This document shows positions 1-12,417 of a stretch of 64,000 bases of DNA, piece after piece. The notes under the pieces are model-generated. The model was not told the origin of the DNA. It did not search any database and saw nothing but the letters and a program-made list of their open reading frames with translations. This DNA comes from Atractiella rhizophila (lineage: Eukaryota): contig MU271198.1 of the NCBI GenBank assembly GCA_021432655.1, positions 62,001-126,000 on the forward strand, given 5' to 3'. A program made the translations under genes and the position numbers. Position 1 is the stretch's first letter. Each line of letters starts with the position of its first letter.

Positions 1-315
1 GAAACGAACCAATGCGCCTCATTCCTCGACATCCAAGCTGGCGACGCTCCTCAAATTCTGAAAAACATGCGCTCTGTCTGTTCATTCGGGTCTACCGCTG
101 GCGGTTTCGGAGTGGCTAGCTCCTACTACCTCAATTCGATGCAGTATACCTATACGGGAGAACCGAACCAGCCAGACGTTGCGCCAACGTTTTATGGACC
201 AGGTGGTATTAATTTGGGCAGCCAGCAGGGTGCTGGAGAACGATTGCCCGTCCGTTGGCACACAGTCGCTTTCGCCTTCATCATTGCATTGGGGATCGCA
301 GAGATCATGGTGTGA
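1..315 (+). CDS. 3' end of a gene, likely a GPI-anchored or C-terminally anchored secreted protein (5'-truncated by the window)
   Basis: Frame is open from base 1 (ETNQCASFLDIQAGDAPQILKNMRSVC...) to the TGA at 315. It ends in small residues plus a hydrophobic tail (GSQQGAGERLPVRWHTVAFAFIIALGIAEIMV). Confidence 0.6.
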   Translation, partial: ETNQCASFLDIQAGDAPQILKNMRSVCSFGSTAGGFGVASSYYLNSMQYTYTGEPNQPDVAPTFYGPGGINLGSQQGAGERLPVRWHTVAFAFIIALGIAEIMV

Positions 316-1091
316 GGAGGTACGGGTAACGAAGGAAGTCATATTACGGTTTGCCCACGATATTTATTATATTCTCCTTTTTCGCGATTTCGGACATTCT
401 ACTTTTGTCAGTACGTTTTGAACATTTTGTGTCGCTTCTGTACCAAGTCGTAACTCTGGACCAGCTTTATTCCCATCTTCCGACCAAGAAATGCAGGAAT
501 TGTTTAGACTTTCTGTGGCGGCAAGTGTCATCGAGTGTCTGGGACTGTGACTCCTCACAGCAATCTGGACACGATGAACCTGTAAACGAAATCCTTCTAT
601 TGGACGGTACACTAGAGTTCAGGTCAACAATGTTGCATTCCTTCTTTGGGAGCAAACCCTTATTTCAGAAGAAAGGAGACCACAGTTTAGAGTAGCGAGC
701 CTTACTCTGCTGTGGGACAACAAAGAAGGATCTTGAAGTTCTTGTGAGGGACGGCAGACCAGCAGTCGAAGCTGAGAGGCTCTTTGAATCCTCCTAAAGA
801 TTATCGAGCGACTGTTCTCATTCATGCAGTGTCTGCAGAAATGGCAGAAGTTGCAGACAATCCTTGCCATTACCAGTATTCCCATTATATGGCCTACGTA
901 GACTGTTCCGCGATTCGATTCGTGTGTCTATAAATTATAAAGCCTGTGTTGATGGATTGTACAGTCTAGCTGCGTTGAAGGAACGTAAACTATGTTTACA
1001 ATCACAAACCCCTTCCTTGCTTTCACTTCCACTTCAAAATCTGGGATGGCAACAACATCTGAACTGGAATTCTAGCAAGATTTCATATCAT

Positions 1092-1875
1092 TCAGTTCCG
1101 GAGGTCAATCACATTCCCGACCAAGCTCAACCACGCCTCCATCCACCTCCTTCCCTTCAGATCCGGCTCGTGCGCCATCATTTCTTCCATGAAAGCAACC
1201 GTCTCGCACGGATGGAGAGAGAAGCAGAGATCACCCGTGGATGGATGCTCATCAAGAGTGATGAACGGCATCGTGCCTTCCTGGAACTCCTGCGTTGGAG
1301 GTGTGAGCGAATTGAAGGGATACAGCTGCGCAGATCGCGGCGTGTGGAAGATGTTCGTTTGGTTGATAAGATCCTGAATTTCTAGTGAAGATCCATCTAT
1401 CCAAAGTCTTCAGAATGAGAAAGGAGGAGGGAAGTCATGACGCACTGGTATCCGTGACGGTGAAGAAGAGGCAGGGGCATTGATATACTTTGGAGTAACA
1501 GATCCAGAATGAAACTTGCAATTTCTCCGCCACGATTCCTTCAGGTTTACGTATCACCGATTCGTCTACCTCCTCTTCAAGTTCAACCTCATTGTCAAAC
1601 CCTTCCATGTTAGAAGTAGGAATGCCATCTCGAAAGCGTAAGCGGATAACGCTTTTCTCAAGATATCCAAGATCCGGAAAGTCCTACATGGCTGCAATTC
1701 GCTCATCCATAGAACAGTTAAGAATCTACTCAATTACATTAACTTCCCTGCGCTTCCACCCCGCACAAAAGAGGTGAGGACCGAGATCATCAGCTTTTGC
1801 CCATCGTCCTTCTTCACTGTAAAAAGAAAGCATCTCGTTAACATTCGCATCGAATACCTCTCTCGCAACGGCCAT
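1092..1875 (-). CDS. ATG10: Autophagy E2-like conjugating enzyme Atg10
   Basis: Spliced translation MAVAREVFDANV...ICYSKVYQCPCLFF...PFITLDEHPSTGDLCFSLHPCETVAFMEE...WLSLVGNVIDLRN*. The HPC catalytic motif and the YS..Y..P.L.F motif of the Atg10/Atg3 active-site domain are present. Confidence 0.85.
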
Positions 1876-2256
1876 TTTCGTGTTGCTCTTCGATCTCTTG
1901 GAAGAAGTTTTCTCCTCTAAGCAACTCAGGCACGTGCATCCTCCCTGATGTGGGAAGCGGGCGGTTTCCCGTGAGATCGGAAAGAAGAGGAGGCAGCTAA
2001 AGGCAAGATGGATAAGAAACTGCCTCAGATATCGGCCAATAAGGGTCTCTATACTTGCCTGCTTTATCTCGCATTAGAAGCTGGGCAACTCTCCAATCGC
2101 TTCTTCTTGCATTGTTTGGCGTATCTAAAGTGGCACGTACTCTTCGGTAGTGCATCGAGTCTTGGTGAGTTTCTTCAATTCCATAAATTGAAGACGAAAG
2201 ACTTATATAGCCCGTAGACGAGTCTTGTCAACGTTACGAAAAACTTTTGAAGCAAA

Positions 2257-3088
2257 ATGTCCGCTGTTGATACTCCTGCTACGACTCCCTCAGCCACACC
2301 TGCTCATGAACCTTACGTCAATGGAGTCTGTGTCTTCTGTGGTTCAAACCCTGGAAAGGATCCAGCATTTACAGAAGCTGCAACTCGTTTGTTCCCTCTC
2401 ACTCGCTCATTCCAACAAAAATTGACAGAGTGACCAGAACTTGGAACGTACTTTGCTTCGAAGAATATCACACTTGTCTACGGTGGAGGAAGTCTGGGAT
2501 TGATGGGCACCGTATCTTCCTCCTGTCTAAAAGCCGGTGGTGTCGTTCACGGCGTGCGACCCAGTCAATTCGACGATCTCGACATTGAGCGAGGAGTGGC
2601 TCCTACTTCCGTGGCTACAGCGAGGGGAGGTACAGAGAAGATGACGATGGTGAAGAGCATGCACGACAGGAAAACTCTGATGGCTCGATTGTCGGAGAGG
2701 GGATTCGTCGTGCTTCCCGGTGGATTTGGGACGTTTGAGGAGCTTTTTGAGATGACCACTTGGACGCAGATTGGCGTTCACAGGAAGCCTGTCATTCTTC
2801 TCAGCGTCAATGGCTTCTATTCCGGCCTGCGGGACTTTGTCCATCAGTACGTTGTGTTTCTAACTCGCCATCAAGCCGATAAATATTCGCAATAGTGCTC
2901 ACAAATCTGGCTTCATTGCGGAAGCGAACCTCGAGCTCTTGCGCTTCGTAGAACCACCAAAGGAAGGACAGGAGGCGGAGTTCAACTGGGGAGCAGAAGC
3001 AGAGAAAGAGTTGGAAAAGTGGGAGAAAGAGAAGGACCAGTTTACACGAGGTGCCTACAAGTTGACCTGGGATCTTTCAAGAACGTAG
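2257..3088 (+). CDS. LOG family nucleotide phosphoribohydrolase (so-called lysine decarboxylase family)
   Basis: VCVFCGSNPG, LVYGGGSLGLMG, SMHDRK and PGGFGTFEEL motifs; two short GT-AG introns. Confidence 0.92.
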
Positions 3089-3613
3089 TGGTGGGTCGGT
3101 TCTAGCTCTTTCACAAGTAACTGGGCTGGATGTAGATATGGATTGACATTGAGATTCAAAGAAAATCACCACATAAACCATTCCAGTTTAGCCATGTCGC
3201 AGACCCTTACGCGTGGTATTGCCCACTGTTACCCCATCTGTGATTCATTTGTTGATTTGAAGGCACACCGAGGTGGTTTGCTTTACGTAACGAACCTCCT
3301 TGGATCTGCTTGAAGTTGCTTGAACCCTTCTTCGCCTGCCCGACCGAATCGAAGTGTTATTGAATCATCGAAATAGTGCCTTGAGCTCATCGATCAGGTG
3401 GGGCAAGGATATCACCTTGTTTGTGTTCAGCCCGTGTATTCCTGGCCGTCCAATCGATAAGCCCTTTCTAACAGAGACTCAACCCAAGAGCATCTGGAGT
3501 GCTTCCCACTTTGTGGCGATTATCTTCGAGACCTCGGTAAGCATTCTACCTAGCATAGAGGAAAGTAAGGACTCGGTATTAGCGCTGAGCTGCGTCTGAA
3601 CAGAAAGCGAACA

Positions 3614-5005
3614 ATGGCTGACCGAACAATCCCCAGAGTTTCTTTCAAGGATTATCATCTCCCATCTCGAAAAGCCGAGCTCGTGCGAGAGCTTATGCAG
3701 GCATGCGAGCACGGTGGCTTCTTGTGCGCTTCTGCTACTTCGTATCATAGTCGTGCCAGCCCTGATCGAGACGGTCAGCTTGGTGGTTGACCATCCCATT
3801 CCACTTTCTCTCGTCGAGGCCGCCTTCCACACCTCCAAAGAGTTCTTCGATCTCCCCGAAACTGTCAAGGCGGAAACTCCTTTCAAGAACAACATGGGAT
3901 GGGAATATAGAGCACAACTGCGCCCATCGACAGGCAAAATCGACAGGAAGGAGAGCATTCAGGTATGTGGATGGGGGAACAATCCATCATGCTGATCCTG
4001 TTGATGCAGATTCCTGTAGGTGGGGCAGGAGAGGGTGGTAGAGAAGGAGGGGTAGGAGGAAGGGCAGTTGCTAATAGTACGTCCCCGTTACCGCTGTGAA
4101 TCGAAGATGACTTGCACTCGTTCAGACGTTTGGCCAAATCCCGAGCATTTTCAAGGCCGACCTGTCCTGGAGGAATTTATGAATGCTACATTAGGTAAAT
4201 ACCTCACGACATCTCATGGGAACTTTCAAATCTTGACATCCCTTCAGAGTTATCTCTGCAGCTCATGTCCCTGTTAGCCGTTGGGCTTGGTATTCCCGAA
4301 GACACTTTCACGCGAGCGACTACGGGAGGTGCTGACATGTTAACCACAATGCGGCTCCTGCATTATCTCCATGCCGAAGAGGGAGAAGGAGAAGCAGGAG
4401 AATGGAGAGCTGGGTTTGTGGTGCCAGCAGACATGGACTGTTACTGACCAATGAACGACTTCAGGCCACACACTGATTTTGATATTCTCACCCTCCTCTT
4501 CCAGCGAGAAGGAGAAACAGGCTTAGAAGTATGCCCTGGCCGTGAAGTTATAACGGACTTCGCCATTGGTAATACTTTTCTTGAGCACTCCACGGTTTAC
4601 TGATGTTGTACAAAGGAAACGAATGGACTCCTGTGCCTGCCGATCAAACAGCTATTGTTTGTAACATTGGAGAGTGCATCTTTTCTTTCGACTCCTCTCG
4701 ATCCTAAATCTCATAATAACGACAGTCAGCTCATGTATTGGTCAAATGACAAACTCAAATCGACCTTTCACCGAGTTCGAGCGCCGTTGAAGCACGAAAG
4801 ACAAGGCGACCGATATTCCATTGCTTTCTTCAACGCTGCCAGAGCAACTGCCATGATTGAAACAGAGAAATACGAAAAACTAGTAAGCTCTATCTCTATT
4901 GATCTCTACTCAAGATTTGTGCAGACTGGACGCGAATTTGTTGACCGCGCAATCAAGCAAAATTACGGAGGGACAATTCAAGGCGGAAGGCTGGCCACTT
5001 CCTAA
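3614..5005 (+). CDS. 2-oxoglutarate/Fe(II) dioxygenase (IPNS / DIOX_N family)
   Basis: N-terminal IP.VS...ACEHGGFF; RLLHY; PHTDFD (HxD); STFHRV (distal His); RYSIAFF (RxS); multi-exon. Confidence 0.9.
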
Positions 5006-5294
5006 AGTAACATAAAAAGATAACTGTCAATATGCTGAAATCGCTGCTACATTTATATTCTGATGGAAGGCACTCTAAACAAGCCTTCACGGTCGTTCGC
5101 CAGTAGTAGATGCTCTAAAAGGACAAAATAACGATATAGGCAGCATAGCGCGAATTGTCTACAAGGTCACAATGAAATCAAATCAAGGACATAAATCCGT
5201 CAGCATAAGCGGTTCCAATGTTAACACAAGTTTCATTGAAGAGCCTTCGCTTCTATGTACAGCAGCATCTTCCAGGAAACGGATGCGGACCAAG

Positions 5295-6398
5295 CTAGAA
5301 CCCATAATTTCTCGCGCCAGCTCTCCGGTTGAGTTTTGCAGCAGCAATTCTATCCTCCAACTCATCCTTATTCCTCTGAGCATCAATGAGTAAACTCGTT
5401 AGCTGATGTCTCGTCTTAGCTACCCTCGTAATTTCCTGCGCCGTCGTCTTCGCACGCTGATGAGCTTTACTGCACACGGAAATACAAAATATAAAACGCA
5501 CCTTCATGTTGACCACCATCTTCTCTCTATCAGGCCGTTTGATTTCCGGTTTTTCCTCCTTGGGTACATGCCCGCTCACATTTACAATCTCCCTCTCGTC
5601 CCTCTCGTCCGCAGGTAAGTTGAAGTCCTTCGGTGCTTCTGGTTCTGCGTGGAAGGATGCAGGATCAATGCCGCACAGTCGACAGTATTCTGCCCACGCT
5701 GCTGCATTCTTCGGTTCCCATGAGCCGTCTGACAGCTGGTGAAAGCCTGGGTACGGATCGGAAGAGGTGGGTTGAGATGCGAAAGCATAAATGCTCGTTG
5801 GAGAAGGAGGTCGTGGAGCTGGTTTTGGAGCAGACGATATTGACGGTAAAGACGCAGCGGGAGGTGCAGAAGATATCTTGGTTGTAGGGAGAGAGGCCTT
5901 CGATTTAGGCACTGCAGGTGTAGAGAGACCGAAGAAGTCGCCTTGGGGAACTTGTTTTGTCTCCTTCACGGGTGGAGCGACATTGTCCTTCTTAGCTTCA
6001 ACCGCCTCGCTTCCCTTCGATATTCCTCCTCCAAGACTCACAGCTTGCTTAATGAACCCTCCGGTCCCTCGCACCCGTCCCTCATCATCCACATCCACAC
6101 CTAAATCCCTAGCAAGCGCACCACCTTTCAGAGGTTCCGCACGGAGTGTCGACTTCGCGATATTAGTTTTTGGGGCGGGAAGAAGAGCCGAAAGCCCCCC
6201 TTTGCCCTTAGAAGGCATGGTTGAAGTTGGAGCATTAGGCTTCGTCTTTTTGGCTGGTGGCTCAGATTCGCTGTTTGGTGGTGGCAGGTCGAGAAAGATT
6301 CGCTTCTTCGCTGTTTTCGTTGGTGGAAGTGGCTGAGGGGCGGATTGGGGAGGAGGAGACCCGGAGTCTGAGTCGTCGTCGTACGCTACTAGCCCCAT
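5295..6398 (-). CDS. PRCC-like proline-rich protein (MAD2B-interacting domain)
   Basis: Starts MGLVAYDDDSDS, is Pro-rich, and ends RHQLTSLL...EDRIAAAKLNRRAGARNYGF, typical of the PRCC C-terminus. One probable 45-nt in-frame intron near 5460-5500. Confidence 0.8.
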   Translation of the reverse strand: MGLVAYDDDSDSGSPPPQSAPQPLPPTKTAKKRIFLDLPPPNSESEPPAKKTKPNAPTSTMPSKGKGGLSALLPAPKTNIAKSTLRAEPLKGGALARDLGVDVDDEGRVRGTGGFIKQAVSLGGGISKGSEAVEAKKDNVAPPVKETKQVPQGDFFGLSTPAVPKSKASLPTTKISSAPPAASLPSISSAPKPAPRPPSPTSIYAFASQPTSSDPYPGFHQLSDGSWEPKNAAAWAEYCRLCGIDPASFHAEPEAPKDFNLPADERDEREIVNVSGHVPKEEKPEIKRPDREKMVVNMKVRFIFCISVCSKAHQRAKTTAQEITRVAKTRHQLTSLLIDAQRNKDELEDRIAAAKLNRRAGARNYGF

Positions 6399-6606
6399 AT
6401 CTCGAGTGATTCTTTGGCAGTCGGAGTGAGTAGTGGTTGCCACTGGTTGGTGGTGATTGGATATCGGATCCTGAGGGGCCAGCCAACTTCACAAGGAATC
6501 ATTTCGGCGCGAGCTTCTTACCGGAAACCGGGAGCATAAAACCCCAGACTGCCAGACCTTCTATCCCCAGTGTCTGAACACATCCCGTCAGAAGAATATT
6601 GTTAAC

Positions 6607-8970
6607 ATGTCAAAGCATCCCGTAACAAAATACGTCCCTGAGCCGTGCGTATCAACCCAGTTTTCTGTGTTTCGTGCTGACTGTTCGAGGTCGACAGAGC
6701 GTGGTCATTGGTTGAGGACAAGTTCTCTCCTTTCGCTAAGGAAACTCTCGCGAAACTGGTCGACTTCGTGGAGGTGACTTGGCATTCATTATTGCCCATC
6801 AATACATTGTCTAAAACGGAAAACAGAACGAATGCATGCCCGCCGAAGCTGTCTTTCACGACCAAATTTCGACGGACCCAGCAACTCGCTGGAAGAACTA
6901 TCCGGATGTGATTGAGGACCTGAAGGCCAAAGCCAAGAAATTGGGATTGTGGAATCTCTTCCTCTCAAAGGCTCACTATCCCGACTCTGGAGTTCCGCTG
7001 ACCAATTTGGAATATGCCTTGATGGCTGGTCTGTCTCTCCTTTCCCATGTCGAGTGCCGAGAAATCAAGCTGACCATTTCGATAGAGATCATGGGAAGGT
7101 GCCCTCGCGTTGCTCCCGAAGCATGTAACTGCTCTGCACCGTACGCTCTCCTTTTACTGATACATCCCTTTCTAATTGGCTTAACAGTGACACCGGTAAC
7201 ATGGAGGTTTTTGCTCGCTACGGTACTCCAGCCCAAAAGCAGCGCTGGCTCGCTCCCTTACTTCGAGGAGAGATCAGGAGCGCTTTCGCGATGACCGAGA
7301 AGGGTGTTGCCTCTTCTGATGCGACCAACATCCAGACGAGGATCGAGAAGGTCGGAAATGAGATCGTCATCAACGGGCACAAGTGGTGGATCTCCGGTGC
7401 TGGAGACCCGAGGTGCAAAGTCCATTTGGTCATGGGCAAGAAGTGTGTTTTTTGTCATACATGCGATTAGCTTCCAGCGCTGACAATATTACAGTGATCC
7501 CAAGGCCGCTACCTACCTTCAACAATCTGTTGTCATTGTGCCTGCCGACACGCCAGGTTCGCCTTGTTTCTGATCATGAAAACATAACTTGCTCAATGGA
7601 GGTTTAGGAGTCAAGCTCGTTCGTCCCATGAAGGTATTCAACTCGGACGATGCTCCTGAGGGCCACTTTGAAATCATTTACGACAATGTTCGAGTTCCTC
7701 TCGACAACCTGGTCCTCGGTTGGGGTCGTGTTAGTTTATTCTCTCGTCTACCATGCGCTTTCCGTTGACTTTATTCTATTAGGGTTTCGAGATTATTCAA
7801 GGTCGTCTTGGGCCTGGTCGGTAAGTATCTCTGCAGAGAAGGTCGGAAATGAGATCGTCATCAACGGGCACAAGTGGTGGATCTCTGGTGCTGGAGACCC
7901 GAGGTGCAAAGTCCATTTGGTCATGGGCAAGAAGTGTGTTTTTGTCATACATGCGATTAGCTTCCAGCGCTGACAATATTACAGTGATCCCAAGGCCGCT
8001 ACCTACCTTCAACAATCTGTTGTCATTGTGCCTGCCGACACCCCAGGTTCGCCTTGTTTCTGATTATGAAAACATAACTTGCTCAATGGAGGTTTAGGAG
8101 TCAAGCTCGTTCGTCCCATGAAGGTATTCAACTCCGACGATGCTCCTGAAGGCCACTTTGAAATCATTTACGACAATGTTCGAGTTCCTCTCGACAACCT
8201 GGTCCTCGGTTGGGGTCGTGTTAGTTTGTTCTCTCGTCTACCATGCGCTTTCCGTTGACTTTATTCTATTAGGGTTTCGAGATTATTCAAGGTCGTCTTG
8301 GGCCTGGTCGGTGAGTATCTCTGCTCCCACGTCACTCAGACCCTGACGCTCCAGCCAGAATTCACCACTGCATGCGCTCAGTTGGTGCTGCTTCCCGAGC
8401 GCACGAGCTCATGATCACTCGAGTGACCGATCCCGCTCGCAAGACGTTCGGGAAGACTCTCGACCAGCACGGCTTGATCGTTCACCGTCTCGCTGAATCT
8501 CGCAACGACATCGACCAAGCCAGATTGCTCGTCCTCTCCGCCGCCAACGAAATCGATAAACATAAGTCGAAGGGTGCCCTGAAAGCTATCGCCATGGCCA
8601 AATCTGTGGTTCCTCTCATGGCTACGAACGTTATTGACAGGGCCATCCAAAGCTTCGGTGCTGAGGGCATTAGTCAGGTACCTCTTCCCACATTCTCGTT
8701 AAGAAACCATAGCTAACTAGACATAGGATCAAATTCTCGCCGGTCTGTTTACCGGCCTGAGGACCCTCAGGTTTGCTGACGGTCCGGATGAGGTCCACAT
8801 GCAGCAGGTCTGTTTTCGTTTCTCCATTCGAGTACATAGCTGATGGACGGCGCAAGATTGGGAGGTCCGAGTTGCAGAGAGCACCCGGTCTTCATGCTGA
8901 TATGGCAAAGACGAAGAAACAGGAAGAGGCTCTCTATAAAGCCAAAGGACTGGTTAAGAGCCATCTTTGA
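6607..8970 (+). CDS. Acyl-CoA dehydrogenase (ACAD10/11-like), peroxisomal PTS1-like SHL end; carries an internal tandem duplication
   Basis: [90 protein letters not shown]; ends KSHL*. Confidence 0.92.
7345..8324 (+). repeat. Direct tandem duplication of ~490 bp (copy 1 7345-7834, copy 2 7836-8324)
   Basis: Both copies start GAGAAGGTCGGAAATGAGATCG and end GT(A/G)AGTATCTCTGC. By eye they differ at about 7 substitutions and one 1-nt T-run indel. Confidence 0.97.
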
Positions 8971-9246
8971 TAAAGCTCATCGATTCAGTTTGGCTTGAGG
9001 ATTGATCGTTTGGTGCAAAAATGTCCATGCTCGGACGTGTATTAATAGGCTTGCTTGATTTCTGGAACAAGGAAGTGATGCATCTAATCAGGAACGACTT
9101 CAGCTCCTATTGCAGGGAATGCAGCGTTACTTTTCTCTCTCACATTGAAATTTCGACCTCGCCTTGCACAACAACAACAACTTTGGATTAAGCCACTGAT
9201 CATAACACAGCACATCTAATGATACATGTCAAAGAAACAAAGAAAT

Positions 9247-10007
9247 TTACAGCTGTTTTAGAGATCTTCGTTCAGCCCTTAGTTCACCTTTCTTCTGTCT
9301 GAGATCGTCCTTCAAATCCCTCTTCATGCCTTTCCATTCGTTCTTAGCTTCATGCCAGCTCATTCCTTCGCCCATAAGCGTTCCTCTCGCATCCCAGCTC
9401 ATCCTCCTCACTTCCCGTTTACATTTTCGCAATTCCCTCTTTTCATCACGGATTTCACGTTTAATTGCCCTTTTCTCCTCCTTTCGCTCGAATTTGTCCT
9501 CCCTCCTGATCGCCCGTGGAGAGGCTAGGAAAGCGGCAGGTTGTGTTTGAGCACTGTGGAGGAGACTGTCGGCACGTTGAACTCTTCTGTGTGCGAGATC
9601 CTGAACAAGTCGTTGACGTCCCTCGAATCGTTGAGCGTGCCGCTCCTCGACGAAAGAGAGGAATCCTTTCAACATGTTCCTGGCAGAGGGAGATTGAGGG
9701 CTCGAAGAAGTCATGGGAGATGCCTGCGTGCGCTGATATTATCCCTGTGAGCAAGCTGTACTTTGTGGCAGAACCAGCAACTCACCTCATTTGGCTCAGC
9801 GGCGGTAGGGGCAGGCAAGGGTTTGTTTGGATCATGTCGGGAATATGGGGGAGGTGTCGTTTCTCCTCCCACGTTCGATGTTGAAGCTTCTGCCTGACGA
9901 TCCTCGACGTTGAGGTCGACATTCCGCATTGACTGTGTCAGGGAATCGGTGTCTGCTGTGGGCTCTTTGGTTTGACTTCTTGGTGAGCCTTTCGATGATT
10001 GAGCCAT
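9247..10007 (-). CDS. Hypothetical protein with a PPPY motif and a highly charged coiled-coil C-terminus
   Basis: Two ORFs joined by a plausible GTGAGT...CACAG intron near 9746-9785; TTPPPYSRHDPNKPLP; K/R/E-rich helical tail. Confidence 0.65.
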
Positions 10008-10394
10008 CTTCTTGCTTGAATGCGAGGTGGAGAGTGTAAGGATTTGGGATGGGATTGTGAAGACGGACGGAAGGGGTGATTATATACGCCGCAGTTGATT
10101 CCCAAAATAGCCAGCTCTCGCGAAGAGGAGGCAGAGTGAGGCGTATTTCCTGGGAGATTTGTCGTCTTGAACGCTGCAAGGGGAAGCGCCAACAGTTGTC
10201 ATATGCACAACTGGATGGATTGCAACTCGACAAGTTGTCTGGGCGAGAGTAATTACCTACCTTCTTCAGGAGCAGGTCAGTCCTTACCGCCGGACATGCC
10301 TGGCCGCAGCGTTCCGCGCTCGCAGCACTGGCTCAACAACGGCAGGAGGAGTCAGTTAATGAACGATCTCATGGATTACAGTGGTAACCCAAAA

Positions 10395-12417
10395 CTACAG
10401 CAGTAATGAGAGAGCAACAACCAACGTCCCCATGCACATGATAAGGTTGATGTTTATCCGAGCAGCAGCAGAGTCTTCTTGTGATGACGAGGGAGTATTC
10501 GTAGGGGTTGAACTGGGCATGTTAGCGACCCCGACTCCTAGGCCTGTGGGCGTGGCCATGGGAAGGACAGTCGTGGGAAGGGTGGTTGGCTTCTCGCTCC
10601 CGTCAACGAGGAAAAGTGACGGGTCACTGTTAAAGTTCCGAGCAATAGGAGCTAGAGCGACGGTTGCAGGATTAAATGTATAGACGGAGTATACCGATTT
10701 GAGGAATGCATCGCCGCTTTTACGAGTTGTCAGATAGAGGATAGAGGATATGGGAATAGACGCTTACATGATCCACCTATGGCGAAGCAAATTAGTCAGA
10801 GTTACGCGAAAGGCACAAGAAGCGGCTCACGAGGGCAACGTAGACGTGCCATTGGACCCTGTATCCAAGGCGAAGATGGACCCCAAGCAAGTCTGGTCTC
10901 TCACCCTCCCGAGGTTGAAATCAACGGGGCTGACCCCTCCGTCAGCATTCTTACCACAAAGAAGGAGAAGCAACTGCGAACTCTATACTGTAGTCCACGC
11001 CACCGAAGGTGAATGACACATTGACCTGAGTAGAGCAAGGGTATTCGTAGTAGCCTTGAAACTGAGGTTCAGTCGAAGGAGTGGATCCCGGAATTTGCGC
11101 AAAAATGGTCTGCACGTCGGCCGGTGGAGCAGCAATCAAGGATGTGCCTGAATCGAGAGCAACTGCCACTGGCTGTGTCATCGTCCCTGTGCCGTCAACC
11201 GTCACACCTACTCCCCCAGTGAGACTCAGCGAATGGACGAGACGGAGGACGGACCGTCCATTTGGATGAGCCAAAACCCTTTTTGGATCAGGGGTATGTA
11301 GTTGAGGTCTCCCTCAAAAAGTGTATTGTCAATTCCTCCCAACGTAAACACGCCTCCAGGCACCTGTTGGCCACTCTTGGAGCTCGCAGGAAGACTACTG
11401 CTACGTGTGAGCGCGAGAGAGAAGACGTTTTGCGCCATCGTTCCATCCTGACAGAGCGCTTCCCAGAATGGGGTGGTCTTCGAAGTAGAAATCGATGCCC
11501 TGGCCCGATTTTAGAGTCTCACAATCACAAGCAGGGGGAATCCCACCAAGCGAGACCCATTATGCCAGAGATGTCGACAGAATCACGAAGAATGCCCTGC
11601 GTCTCGTCCACCAGTGCTATTGAACCGGCATTCTGTGTGAACGCTCCCATAGCCAGAGTATCTGTGTATAGCAATCCTTGAGCCTGTCCAGTTCCATACC
11701 GGATATTGAACGGTGTTTCATTCGTCTGAGAAGTGTTTGACGCTGCAGCATTGAAGGCGGACACGTTGCTTGGACAGTCGCTGCAGGCAGCACTTGCAAC
11801 CCAAAAGCTGTTACGTAATTCGTCAAGCAAGTCGTAAACGCAGGAGGTGGCATGATTGAACACTTACTCGGAGGAACCTGTGTCCGCGATAAAGGAGAAG
11901 GTCTGGGGAGGGGTGCCGATTGAAGCACTTATGTAGTAGAGCCTGTTGCGTACGAGGAATCAGAATCAGGTAGCCTTTGCGCCAGAATGCAGCGAGGTCA
12001 GACATGCCCGGGATGCCAGATGCCAACGATGCCAACAGCATTATGTAGCATGCAAACAACCACGCAACAGGATCCAGCTCTTAACCCATAATCTTATTGG
12101 TAAAAGAAAAGGACGTACGCATCGTTCAAGCCATTCGAAATGGAGATATCAGAAACTGGCTTCTGCCGCTTGGTTTGAGAGGATCTCCTACTGCTTCCCA
12201 AATGCCTCTTTCTACCCAGATGACTAGCGACCGTATCCTTCTCCTGCTGGCTCCCATATCTCATCCTCAAAGCGTCTGCAGCACCAGTGACCCATTTCAG
12301 AGAATCCAAATCGCGCTTCGCGAGCGCGTTCTTGTTGTGATATAGCGGTATCCGAATTGCATAACAGATTGAGAAGTGAAAGACGAAAATTGTGACCCAG
12401 AAGAGATTGAAAGTCAT
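10395..12417 (-). CDS. Secreted, probably GPI-anchored pepsin-like aspartic protease (A1)
   Basis: Signal peptide, KR prosegment sites, IGTPPQTFSFIADTGSSD.W, YGTG, SGIMGLA, VALDSGTSLI, WIIGDAFLK; S/T/P-rich linker and hydrophobic C-terminal tail. Confidence 0.93.

Noticed and set aside
351..1385. Several ORFs of 80-173 aa between the first gene and ATG10
   Set aside because: No motifs; the longest is largely the antisense shadow of ATG10.
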